Below, in pieces: positions 25,395 to 37,300 of a stretch of DNA of 64,000 nt (position 1 is its first letter; each line of letters begins with the position of its first letter). Location of the stretch: the NCBI GenBank assembly GCA_043228905.1, contig JBHGNT010000015.1, forward strand, positions 12,090,001 through 12,154,000. Direction: 5' to 3'. A program made the translations under genes and the position numbers. The DNA is from Azolla caroliniana. Its lineage: Eukaryota; Plantae; Polypodiophyta. The notes beneath the pieces are model-generated. The model was given only the letters and a program-made list of their open reading frames with translations, did not search any database and was not told the origin of the DNA.

Positions 25395-25676
25395 CTTAAT
25401 ATCTGGCTCATCAAAGATGAGTCTAAGGAAGTTTGATGAATAAAACTTCAACTTCCAAAAGGTGCACATGCAAGACTACCTGATTATGAAGGACCAAATC
25501 GACCCAATTGAAACCAAAAAAGCTCCAAAAGATAAAAGCCGAATGAGTGGACAAAGCTAGATCAAATTGTTTGGGCCACCATTTAGATGCATCTATCCGT
25601 ATTGGTCTACTACACGGTGCAATCGTGTACGAAAACCTTCGAAGTATGGAAATCGTTGTCGAACACCTATAAGAAG

Positions 25677-28600
25677 TGTCGAATACGGGTCTTTAATGGA
25701 CGTATTCACATTATCCCATTGGACACACGAGGTTTAGGCTATTTCTGTAAATAGTGGAAAGGGCAGTTGTCCTAAGTCAATTAGTATTTAAACTGACTCT
25801 TGTAACTGCCTCCATTTGTTCACGATTCTTCGCCGAAATACTTTCACCCGCCCTATTGACTAGCTCGTTCAAGCATGCTTCATCCGAAAACGGTGGGAGT
25901 TTTGAATAATATAGTTATACATTGTGTGCCTCTCTCTCTCTTTCATTTTGTCTCCTTAATCTTGTTGTACTACGCTAACTTGGTGATCTTCCAACTAAAG
26001 ATGGTGTTCATGTTTCTGCTCTGACGGTCTCAGACTCCAACATTTGGTATTAGAGTGAGAGGTTATTCAACTCATTGTCGGTCGTCATCAGTTTTCAACA
26101 CCATTCATAGCCACGTGTCTTCCTGAAGACCCTGAGTTCAAGATTGCATCCTGGGAAAAGAAAGACAACTGAAGATTTGCACTCTTAAGGTAAGCCAGTC
26201 GGTTGTACCTTACTTCTATTATTGCAACCACTCAAAGTGGAATCTCTATCAAATCAGCCTTGATCATGCTTCATTAGGTTACATGGCAATAAAATAGGTC
26301 ATTCGATGCTATTCACTCGCACGTCGTAACCACTCATAGCGGATCGGGCCCCAAGGAACAACCCCCTTCCATACTTTATTTGGTTAGACAACATTAGAGA
26401 AGTTCAATTGGATCTATCCCTCTCATTGTTGTAGTCACCCAAAGCAAGATCAGCCTGGAAAATGGCACAAAGGCACATAATCTGTGATCGGCACATGAAA
26501 TCGGCAATCAAATTTAGATTGGTAGTTAACTATGCTCATCTTGGCCAGGCAACAATCGGGAAGACTAGTCGGCTCTGTCCCTTGAATCGTCGTAGCCACT
26601 TTGAGCAAGTTTAGTACCCAACTGTCATAGGAAATCCAATCGGCTAACCAATACGTACATTCGTGTTAAATTCGGCTAATTCACTCGATTGTAGCCACTT
26701 ACGATAGAATCTGCCAATAGTCGAAGTCGATTTGACTCGTGTCCAAATATGACTAGAATGATATCGGGTGAGCCAGTTGGCTAGACCCCACCACTGCTCA
26801 TAGTTCACTCCAGACAGAGTCTAGTAAAACGACACAAATGGCATCAACATTCGACTCATCAGAAATGGATCGAACTTCAACTTCTGGAAGGAGCAGATGC
26901 AAGACTATCTAATAGTCAAGGGCTAGATTGACCCAATCGAAACTGAAGACGCTCCAAAACTAAATGAGTGGTAGAAGCTGGATAGAATCGTCCATGCCAC
27001 AATTCAGATGCACTTGTCGGAGTTAGTGTACTTCATAGTGCAGTCGTGTTCGACCGCCTTTCAACTATGGAAGACACTCTCAAACACTTACGAAAAGAAG
27101 GTCGCCACCACAAAAATATATTTGATTTGGCGCCTCTACAACCTTTGGATGAAAGAATCTAACTTGGTCTAGGCACACATGAACGAGTACAAAAGTCTAA
27201 GCTCCTAGATTTCGGCCCAAGGGACGACAATCGAAGACGAATTGAGAGCTATGTTGCCTGTGAGTAGTCTCCCTCCTTCTTGGGAAACTTTTGTCACAAC
27301 TATGTGCAATGCGTCAACTGCAACAGTAAAATACTCCGAAGTCACAAGCGCAATCCTGACTGAAGCAACTTGGAGGAAATAGTTTGCAAACGATTCAACT
27401 AGTGATGCCTATGTAGTACAAAGTTTGGGCGACTGATCGAACAATCGAGGAAGAAATTCTTCCTAACCACCGACAAATCAACAAAGCCGGAGCAAGTTCT
27501 AGGCAATCGAACTTGAAACTATTGCAAGAAACCTGAACATATCAAGGCAACATTGCACCATAATTGGAATCGGCATAGTAGAGCTTAACCTTTTGAGTGG
27601 CTCTACATTAGTACTACATAATGTCGACACGTCTGAGCTCTCAAGTCCTTCAATCTTAGTCGAACAACTTGATGAAGACGGCATTTGTGCCGGTTTCTCA
27701 TCAGGAGGGTGGATACTACACAATGGGAACCTCCTGCTTACGCAAGGTCCGAAAGTACATTCTTTGTACCCACTATATGTCACACTCAGAGAGGGTGACT
27801 TGTTCATGGTTGATATTCCCGTGTCATCGGTATGGCATGGACGACTTAGACACCTCAACAAGGTTGACATAACGCATTTATCTAGAGTTGGATACATCCC
27901 CAAGCTCTCATTCTCAAACCACTAGTTCTGTGAGCACTGCCAATACGGCAAACAAACTGCTATATCACACCCGATGGCATCACCAAGAGAATCGAGTCCA
28001 CTCAATTTAGTCCATTTGGACGTTTGTGGCCCGATGCCACATCAATCCCTTCGTGACGCTTTCTACTTTGTCAACTTTATCGACGACTCGACCAGGAAAG
28101 TGTGGGCATACCTAGCTAGAACTAAAGATTGAGTGTTGTCGATCTTCCAGGAATGGCTTACCATAGTAGAAAACCAATCTGGCCAGAAGCTGAAATGCTA
28201 ACGGTCTGATAATGGAGGAGAGTATAAGTTAGAGGAATTCATTAGATTTCACCGACAGCGCGATATTCGACGTGAATATACAGCACCATATCTAAGTCTG
28301 GAGTAGAATGGAATTGTCGAATGGATGAATCAAACTATTCAAGAATGAATCACTGCTATGCTCCAACATTCCGACCTGTCGAATGGCTTCTAGGTAGAGG
28401 TCTAATTACACCAGTACACATTATCAATATGTCACCAAGTAGGCCTCTAGGACTTCAAGTACCTCAAGAATTATGGATCGGCAGCAAGCCGAATTATAAC
28501 AAGCTAAGGATTTTCAGATGTGAGGAGTACATCCTCATACCGAAAGATGACCGCCTCAAACTTGAACTGAGGTCCAGGAAATGTATTTTCCTTGGCTATG

Positions 28601-30803
28601 GACCAAACGGTGAGATCGAATACCGACTCTAGGACCCCGAGAATAGACAAATCGTCCAAAGTTCGGACATTGTGTTCAACGAGTCGACTATGTATAAGAC
28701 GGTCAAAAGGCCTATTGAAGTCCGAAGGGTAACTTTCTCGAAAGTGTTGGCCCTTCATGACTGCCCAGCCCAAAACACGAGGTTGGCTTCACGGGTAGCC
28801 GAAACCTCTAGCACTAAATCAATTGATCTGGTACAACTAAATGCTTTGGCTCTAAACCATCCAACCCAGACACCCGATTCGGATAGCCCAATCATACCAT
28901 GAAGATCCAAAAGACTGTCGCAACCTCCAGAGATGTACTCTTATGGAATCTTCTTTACAGATGTCAATGAGCCCACGTCATACAAAGAAGCATCGGTGTG
29001 CGCCGTCTCAATCACCTGGCAATTAGTGATGGAGTCAGAGATTAACTCCATTCGGCACAATAAGACACGGGACTTAGTTGAACTACAGAACAACTAATGT
29101 GCTCTTCCGTGCAAATGGGGACTCTATCGACTCAAAGAGACGTTGGATTATGCATGTCCCAAGTATAAGTCTAGATTAGTCACAAAGGTTTTTTGACATC
29201 AATATGTCGTCGACTTCGACAAAATCTTTTCACCAATGGTGAAAATGACCACCCTTCAATTCCTCCTCGGCGTAGTGGCAGTTGAGGACTTGGAGCTTAT
29301 TCAATTAGATGTGAAGATGGCCTTCCTCCATGGCAACCTAGAGGAGGAAATTTACATGGAGCAACCAAAAGGCTTCGTTGCAACTGGCCAAGAATATCTA
29401 GTCTGTCGACTCAAGAAGAATCTTTATGGCCTAAAGCAAGCACCCCGGCAGTGGTATAAGAAGTTCGATGATTTTATCCAGTCGGTTCGCTTCTCAAAGA
29501 GCGATGAGGACCACTGCCTCTTCATAAAAACAACTCAAGTTGGGTCTCCCATCTTCCTCATCTTATACGTGGATGACATGCTACTCTCCGGCCACCACGT
29601 TGGAGAGCTTGCCAATCTTGTTTGGCAACTGCGGTTGAAGTTCGCCATGAAGGACCTAGATCCCGCTCGACGCATACTCGGAATGAAGATCATTCGGCCC
29701 CGAAATAAGTGACAATTGTTTGTCTCATGCCAACTACATCATACGTGTCTTGGAGCGCTTCAACATGCAATCGGCCAAATCTACTTCGACCCCACTCCCC
29801 ATCAACCTTCGGTTGTCTCAGCAAGACTACCCAACATCTGGTTTGAAGGGTGAAGTTATGAAGTCAGTACCGTATGCACCGGCAGTCGGCTCCCTAATGT
29901 ACGCAATGGTTGTGACACGGCCTAACATTGCTCACGCCACAGGAGTCGTCAATAGATCATGCACAACACAGGCCAATCGCATTGGAATGCAGTTAAGCAT
30001 GTATTCAGCTACCTGGTGGGCACACAAGATCTTGGCATCCTTTTCGGTCTAAACAATAACCCAGGCGTAGTTGGTCATAATGACTTGAACTTTGCCGGTT
30101 GTGTGGACAATCGAAAGTTAACAACCAGATACTGCTTCAAATTCAGTAATAGAGCAATTTCATCGAAGTCGAAACTTCAGGAGTGCACAACCACTTCAAC
30201 GATTGCAACTGAATACGTAGCCGTGTCCAATGCGGCGAAAGAGGCTCAATGGCTTTGTCGACTAGCATGTACTCAACAAGCCAACTCCAATTCAGCTCCA
30301 GTTGTCTACAACGACAGTCAGGGTGTTGTTGCTCTGTCGAAGAATCTGGTTCATCACAACGCTAGTTTGCCGATTTGAACAAAAACTGATTTGTTCGACA
30401 ACCTTGTATAAATCTGTATTTCGTATTCACTTCTTTTATTATAGATTGTTTTTTGTATACTCCCATTATGGGGGAGTGTTGAATATAGGTCTCTAATGGA
30501 CGTATTCACATTATCCCATTGGACACACTAGATTTAGGCTATTTCTATAAATAGTGGAAAGGGCAGTTTCCCTAAGTCGATTAGTATTTAAACTGACTCT
30601 TGTAACCTAGTTTAAATGTTGTTGTTGTTGTTGACTCTGTGTGTTGTAACTTTGAGTTTTGAATAATATAGTTATACATTGTGTGCCTCTCTGTCTCTCT
30701 CTTTCATTTTGTCTCCTTAATCTTGCTTTACTACGCTAACTTGGTGATCTTCTAAGTAAAGATGTTGTTCATGTTTCCGCTCTAACGGTCTCAAACTCCA
30801 ACA
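25677..30803 (+). mobile_element. Degenerate near-full-length Copia element (LTRs 25677-26042 and 30477-30803)
   Basis: Two homologous LTRs, PBS tggtattagag and PPT gggggag. gag-pol at ~26838-30378 has many stops, frameshifts and deletions. The flanks (agaag/ctgat) are not a TSD. Confidence 0.88.
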
Positions 30804-31328
30804 CTGATGATTATCATGTCTTGCATCATTTCCTTCCATAAGGCCAAGTTTTTGCCATCGAGCTTTCTAATTTCACAACTTGTGCCAGATGTTGAAGCCA
30901 TTGTTCTTATGGAGGCATTGATCAGCCTGGTCCTTTCCTTTAGAAAACATTTCCTCTTCTTATACCAAAGTTGCTTGTCCCCAAGATCGCTCTAATACTA
31001 GTTTATGACACAAGATGTGTCTAGTGTATTGTTGTATGTGAAGTTGGTTGACTTATTAGGAAACATGTGTGGATCTTCTAGATGAGAAACAAGCAAGAGT
31101 TGAGTAAGAGTGAGATGGTATTGTGTTCTAAATTACAAAATATACACAGAAAGAAAATGCAGAGAAACAGTTACACCTAGATAAGCAAAGAGAGAGAGTG
31201 TATTATTCATTTGACCGAAATGTACAAGGAGAAAGTTTCTCCTAGTTATACAAGACAGGACCAAGCCCTAACTATAGGGAGTGTTCACACTAGAATAGAA
31301 TGGTCACAATAGGACTTTTAGTCCAACA

Positions 31329-31906
31329 AAAGGGACTTTTCTTACAACAAGAAGTCAAGTGATCCATCATCATACTTATAACCTTAAGCAAATGGCAAGG
31401 TGGAGCATGGGCATAGCCCACTTTCAAAGCACTTGCGAAGGCCTAAAATTGTACGATAAAAGAGTGGTCGCAGTTGTCACCAAATGCCTTGTGGGAAGAA
31501 AACTACACAATGCCTTTTCGGAAGACAAAACTAAACATAGCACGATGACATGATTTATGCTAGAAAAGGTAATTTATGGGAAGAATCTTGATGTGCCCAT
31601 TGAATTGTCAATCTCTTCATGGATCCTAATGCCATGACCATCTTCAAGGAAGCACGAAAAAGGTTGGTACAAACCTTTGGTGGGCGTGTGACCAACTTTG
31701 CTCAGAAGCCTTGATATTCAACAAATGGTAGCCTCCATGGTGGTTAAGAGCCAAGGGATATTGTGAGGGGGTATAGCTTCTAATACCACTCATGATATTG
31801 AAGTGCATTAACTTTAAACTTCTGCTTCATTTTATTTATGTATAATTGTGGGTAGATGAATGCATTCTAGGACCTATCTAATTGTGTGAGGATGAAGGGG
31901 GGGGGC
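31329..31906 (+). pseudogene. Gypsy integrase remnant, right half, followed by a purine tract
   Basis: Frameshifted translation resembles TYNP*ANGKVEHGH...WSQLSPNALW...TKHSTMT*FMLEKVIYGK...PIE. Purine run gaggatgaaggggggggg at ~31888-31906. Confidence 0.55.
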
Positions 31907-31933
31907 TTCTAGAAATAAAATTGGGATCATACT

Positions 31934-32091
31934 TAGGGATCGGCAACGGCTCGGCTCAAGCCTAAACCGCTTAGCTAAACCAGTTTAAAATGGCTTAGCA
32001 GCTCGGCTCGGCTTAGGTTTGAGCTTGACTAAACAGTTTGAGCTCAGTTTGGCTTGGCTTGAGCCTTGCCTCACCGGTTAAGCCGTTTAGA

Positions 32092-32164
<73 letters not shown>

Positions 32165-32226
32165 GAGACTACACCGACGAGGAGAGTGTGTTTGTGTGAG
32201 AGAGAGAGGGAGACTACACAGATGAG

Positions 32227-32262
<36 letters not shown>

Positions 32263-32279
32263 GAGACTATGCAGACGAG

Positions 32280-32312
<33 letters not shown>

Positions 32313-32493
32313 AGGGAGAGGTTTCCAAACCGTTTGACAAACCAGTTTCTAAGCTGTTTCCCAAACCGGTTTAGGGATCAGTTTGGTTTGGTTTGGTTTA
32401 GGTTTGAGAACCCCAAAATGGTTTAGGCTTAATCAGTTTGGCTTGGATAAGGCCAAACTCGCTAAGCCTAAACCGAACCGTTGTTGATCCCTA
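31934..32493. mobile_element. hAT-type MITE with (GA)n/(GT)n core
   Basis: TIRs TAGGGATCGGCAACGG / CCGTTGTTGATCCCTA. 8-bp TSD ATCATACT at 31926-31933 and 32494-32501. Subterminal aaaccg/gctcggc repeats. Confidence 0.92.
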
Positions 32494-34153
32494 ATCATAC
32501 TTGTGTACTGATTGTTCATATAATTGTGTGTCTACCAACCTTGCTTTATCTTATCTATAGTTTCTAAAGTAGCTCATGTTGAATGTTGAAGTTCAAAATG
32601 GTCCACAAATTGGTGCTAGAAGTGAGTTGTATCTAGGTTATGCATCTTGTTTATCTTGAGATCCTCAATTGTAAAAGATTCTGGGAGTTTTTGGTTAAGG
32701 AGGAGATTGGTGAGAGGATATTTAAAGTCTTTGTGCAGGAAGACCTTGATTAGCTAAGGTCCCTTCCATTTAATAGCAGTGAAGTGTGCATTATGATTAA
32801 GAATAAACAATAACTTGGGAAGCTTTATTATTAGCATTGCCTTGAGGCAACGGTCTTGTGTTTAGTGTTTCATTTTCAAAAGTGATTGTGAAACCAAATC
32901 CTTAAAGTTCATTATCTTCAAAGTATAATAATGTTTGTAGCTCTATTAATATAATTTAAGGCAATGACATTGTATTCTACCCTTGGGTTGTCAAAAGAGG
33001 TGCCCAAATCCATATATTTAGGGGGCTTACGTGACCTCAAACTAGAAGCATGATTCTTTTAAAAATGAACCTTTGAAGCTTGAACCATTGTATACCATCA
33101 TGCTCATATATTTTAGTTAACATAAAATGCATAAGAAATTATTTATTAGATCAAATTGGTTAGGATGCCTAAGTGTTTAAATGATGTATAAACTCAACGC
33201 TTTCACATTGTGCTTTAGTAGGGTTAAGGATCTTCACTATTCTAAATATATTTAGTCTTTGAAAACTGTGGCTTGGATGGAAAAACCAAATACTACTTAT
33301 CTTCCAACAAAAAGTTGAGCAATCTAATGTTGACTTTCATGACTCTCGATATGAGAATTCAATCACATGTGGACTTTATTTTCAAGGAAGGTTCCTTGAT
33401 GATGCTACTAAACATGACTATAAGGTGGAATATGCTTTTAAATATGGCAACACCCCACTACATATTAACGCATGTATGTTGATATATAGCTAAATATGAC
33501 AACACATTATCTCACACAAGTTTTGAGGATTCCTTGTTTTTAGGTCATTTGCTATTCTATAATATTGTATTCTTACATTTTTATGTCCAAGACATACAAG
33601 TCAAAAATTTACGCAATATTTTCTTTCTTGCATTATAATTAAATGGAAGTGGGGCATGATCATGATCTCAAAAGACAAGCAATGGGGGTCAAAGAATAGA
33701 GGAAGTAAGCTACTAACACCTCTCACCACCCCCACACGCTAATATCGAATACAAACATTGGCGGTCAAAGAATGGACGAAGTAGCATCCCCCTCGAAGGC
33801 AAGGCTCTAATTACATAGAGGTATTTAAGGAAGGGACATTTAACAAACCGACCAATCCATCCAAGGAAGAATCCAAATCAATACAAATAACAATAATATC
33901 ATTAAGTAACCTACTTTGCTTAATCTGTCTAATAATAATAATTAATTATCTTTTGTTTAGCTCCATCATCATTATCTTATTGGTGTTATTATTGTTAGCA
34001 TGACTTACTCTATGAACATATCAGGAGATTTTTGACAATCAGTCTATTTTACTTAATCCATCATCTTATAGCCATAATTGAAGATAATCGACTTTTTGTT
34101 GGTTGTCTAGATTATTAGTTCACTACTACAATCAAGGACTATTACTATCAAGT

Positions 34154-34323
34154 ATGGATATGGAGAGGGAGAAAGAGGAGAATTGGGGGCGTGCTCAATC
34201 TATTGGGTTCAGTGTTGATTTGGTGAGTTCTGCGCAACGTTTGCGGTCCTTTTTGGCCACTGTCGACTGCCACCCATGCCTCTACGTCGAACATGGCCCA
34301 GCCCTCTCCAACGCGATACGAAG
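34154..34323 (+). CDS. GRDP: GRDP-like exon 1
   Basis: MDMEREKEENWGRAQSIGFSVDLVSSAQRLRSFLATVD...GPALSNAIR; donor ag|gtaaaa. Confidence 0.88.
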
Positions 34324-37300
34324 GTAAAAGAAATATAATCGCTATATTGCTTCTTGATTACTAACTACGACCCACACATATAACACACATGATGATATGT
34401 ATGCATATAGGTATGAGGAATGTTGGCTCCCTCTTCTTGCTTCGTGCCCGGACGGTTTCACACCTATGGCCGAGTCCTTTGGCCAACCGCTCCCGCTCCG
34501 CCCGCCCCTCGACTGCGAGTGGGTTTGGCTTTGCCACCGCCTCAACCCGGTAAAAGCTTCTTTTGATTTCGCATTGCTCCCGACTCCCCATAGCTTTAGG
34601 GTTTTAGTTCTTCGTTTCGTAGTCTTCTAGTTTCGGCGAGGAAATACATATGTGATAAGGGAGAGAGAGGGTGTGGAAGAAGGGTAGTTTGGGGGGGGGG
34701 AACCAACTGCTAAAACAATCCAAGAAATTTGCCTCCCTTAGTGTGGTAAAACAGATTTTCTGACACTCACGCAAACAAACGAAGATTTGGTAGTGCTTAA
34801 GTGTTGTGATTCTCTGTAAACGCTCAAAATGTTTGCTTGATTTGGGAATGTATGTAGATTTTTGCTTGTAAAGAAAGGTCGAGATTCAGCCATGACTTCA
34901 TCCATGGTGTCAATAACCATACATTAGACTATGGCTATTTGATATAATTGTCGCGTGGACCCTGGAGAGACCTACAGAGACAATTGGGTCAGATGATCGG
35001 TTCATATGATATGAATCAGATCCTCCGCGCTTCACGAGAGAGTTCTTATGATATAGGGTCAGTCATTATTTGGATCAGTGACAAAGATACCTGAGATTGG
35101 CATGTTTCTACCTGTTTCAGACACTAGGAGTATATACATATAAAGCAATTTTATTGACCCAAATTTACTGGGCAGACATTGCTTTGGGCAAGGATGCTAG
35201 TAGATATGTTTAGCCAATTAAAAAAGCAAGTTCATTGAGTTATGGGATACTAGCCATTGCCAGGTAGTGTCTGGGGATCTTGATGGACCCTTTTAAAGGA
35301 TGTCCTTTTAGTTCCAAGCTTCTAAACAAGTTTCTACCTGTTTCAGACACTAGGAGTATATACATATGAAGCAATTTTATTGACCCAAATTTGCTGAGCA
35401 GACATTGCTTTGGGAAGGCCAAACGAGAACTCACTCTGTTTTAAAAGTGCAGAAAATATGCGTGTTATTCATAGATAAGAGAGATTGTGTGTGGTTCTTT
35501 GATTTTAGTAATGACATACAATAGAGATGTGAGTGTAAGCATCTATATGAAGAGAAGATGCAAGGCCAAAACAAAAGGTCACAGTGTTCTGAAAGTGCTG
35601 ACAAACTACTGGAATTAAATAGGCGACACAGAAGGTTGCTTGAGATAAGTTTCTGTTAGAGGTGAAGGGTATATATAGAGAGAGAAGAATGAGACCATAA
35701 GCATCTTCATAGGGATGAAAAAGGACCACGAAGAACTCACGCTGCTGACAAAAATGCTGAAAAACTGGGATCATGAGCTTCCAGACAGGTTTGAAAATGC
35801 TGAAAAAATGACAAATAAATGGGAGAAAACAAAAGTTGCTTTCCAGGGTCTTTCCTGGAAGGTTTTCCATGATGTTAAGGACTGACCAAAAAGTTGAGTT
35901 TATAAGCAATCTGATAAAGATGAAGCCAAAGTAGAACGCCAGAAAATCTGAAAATGCTGAAGAAATGAGACAAAATAGGAGAAATGGGCAATGGTTTTGA
36001 GGTTAGTTTTAAATAATTCTTGAGGCAATGTAAACTATTTTACCTCTGCTCAAACATGTCCAAAAATTTAGCAGACTTTGCCTAGTTATACAACCACATG
36101 ATAGATAGACTACACAATCACCCAAAACGATATATTGTGGGTGGTATGTAATTGTTCTAGATCATTCTAGCAACATCCAGATCCTTCTAGAAACTTCTGA
36201 ACAGTCCTTCTGATAAAAGTAAGGTTCATCATATCCATTTTTCTGACATCAAGATCTTTCCAGATTGTTCGAAACATAACCGACATCCATTCGATTCCCT
36301 CTCAAGAATTCACTGTGCTTTCTATGATGTTATTGTGCCTAAAGAAATAGATCCATAATGACTTTCTGTGAGCCATATCCAGCCACATACGATGTTTTAT
36401 CCGAAATTTTGAGAATTTGAATCTGGTGTGGGAAGGATTCCAGGATAACTTGTTTGATATGTGCAATTACTCTGGCTGTGCCATGAATTGTTATTAGGCA
36501 AGAGAGGCTGTGTGTACTGGAGGAAAGAAACATGTATTAACATCAATTAAATGCTAGATGACCCATAAAACCCAATCATTTGCTTACAAATGTTTGAATC
36601 CATGTGTCTCATCAAAGACAAAATAAATTATAAATAACTGATTAGATATGTTTAAAAGTAGAATCTGAGTTTTCCCTCAGCATGCCCTTCGTTGGATGTG
36701 CTACGAGCAATGAAAGAGATGAACAGGGGAAAAAAATCGTCCAACAATTAAGAAGGCAGTACTAAAAATGCTGAAAAAGTTAGGTCTTACATAAGAGACA
36801 AAGGATTGATATTTTCTAATGGCTTCTCTGAATTACCACATTGCTACCCATAGTGCACGCCCATGATTGCTACCGTTTAGGTTGATATTCTAATGGCTTC
36901 AACATCTCTTCCCCAGACCAAGAAAGATTCCTATCCCGTCTTCTGGGGTCCTTGTTTGTGCTGAAGGAGTTCTCATTTTCTTTTCTTTTTAGATCATATA
37001 TGCGAGAGATTGTGACCATCACTATGGACGCCTCTTGGGTGCCCCACCCTACCTCGACTCTCCTGAGGTTACACAGAACACTCAGAGATTTTGGGAGAAG
37101 AGGTTTCCACATGAGCCATACACTCTCGACCTCACCGTGTTTGCTGATCGGCGCATTCATCCTGCCACTGATATACATGAGTCGAAGATCAATTACGATC
37201 TTCATGCGGCAGTTGCAAGACAAAGCACATTTTTCTACCAGGTATGCTCATTTTGCTATGCTTTACTTGCTTGTGCATATAGAGACATGGTTCCATTGAT

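Larger units (their letters stand above)
23291..25676 (+). mobile_element. Truncated Copia element: 5' LTR 23291-23687, PBS, 5' UTR, gag start
   Basis: tgttgaatat...ctccaaca then tt-TGGTATCAG. Gag MSLRKFDE*NFNFQK is homologous to the intact element. Confidence 0.85.
13153..31328 (-). mobile_element. Old minus-strand Ty1/Copia element (LTRs 13153-13476 and 31003-31328) hosting several nested insertions
   Basis: Homologous LTRs, with a PPT next to the left LTR and a degenerate PBS (gctctaatacta) at ~30989-31000. Gag start MASTSGTSCEIRKLDGKN at ~30804-30902. RH/RT/IN remnants at 13750-13993 and 19420-23290. TSD is degenerate (agggg/aaagg), but the interrupted Gypsy integrase resumes at 31329. 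Confidence 0.7.

Noticed and set aside
24963-25469. Overlapping repetitive ORFs and a CRISPR-like look of the 54-bp array
   Set aside because: Head-to-tail repeats without unique spacers inside a solo LTR. The ORFs arise because the unit is a stop-free multiple of 3.
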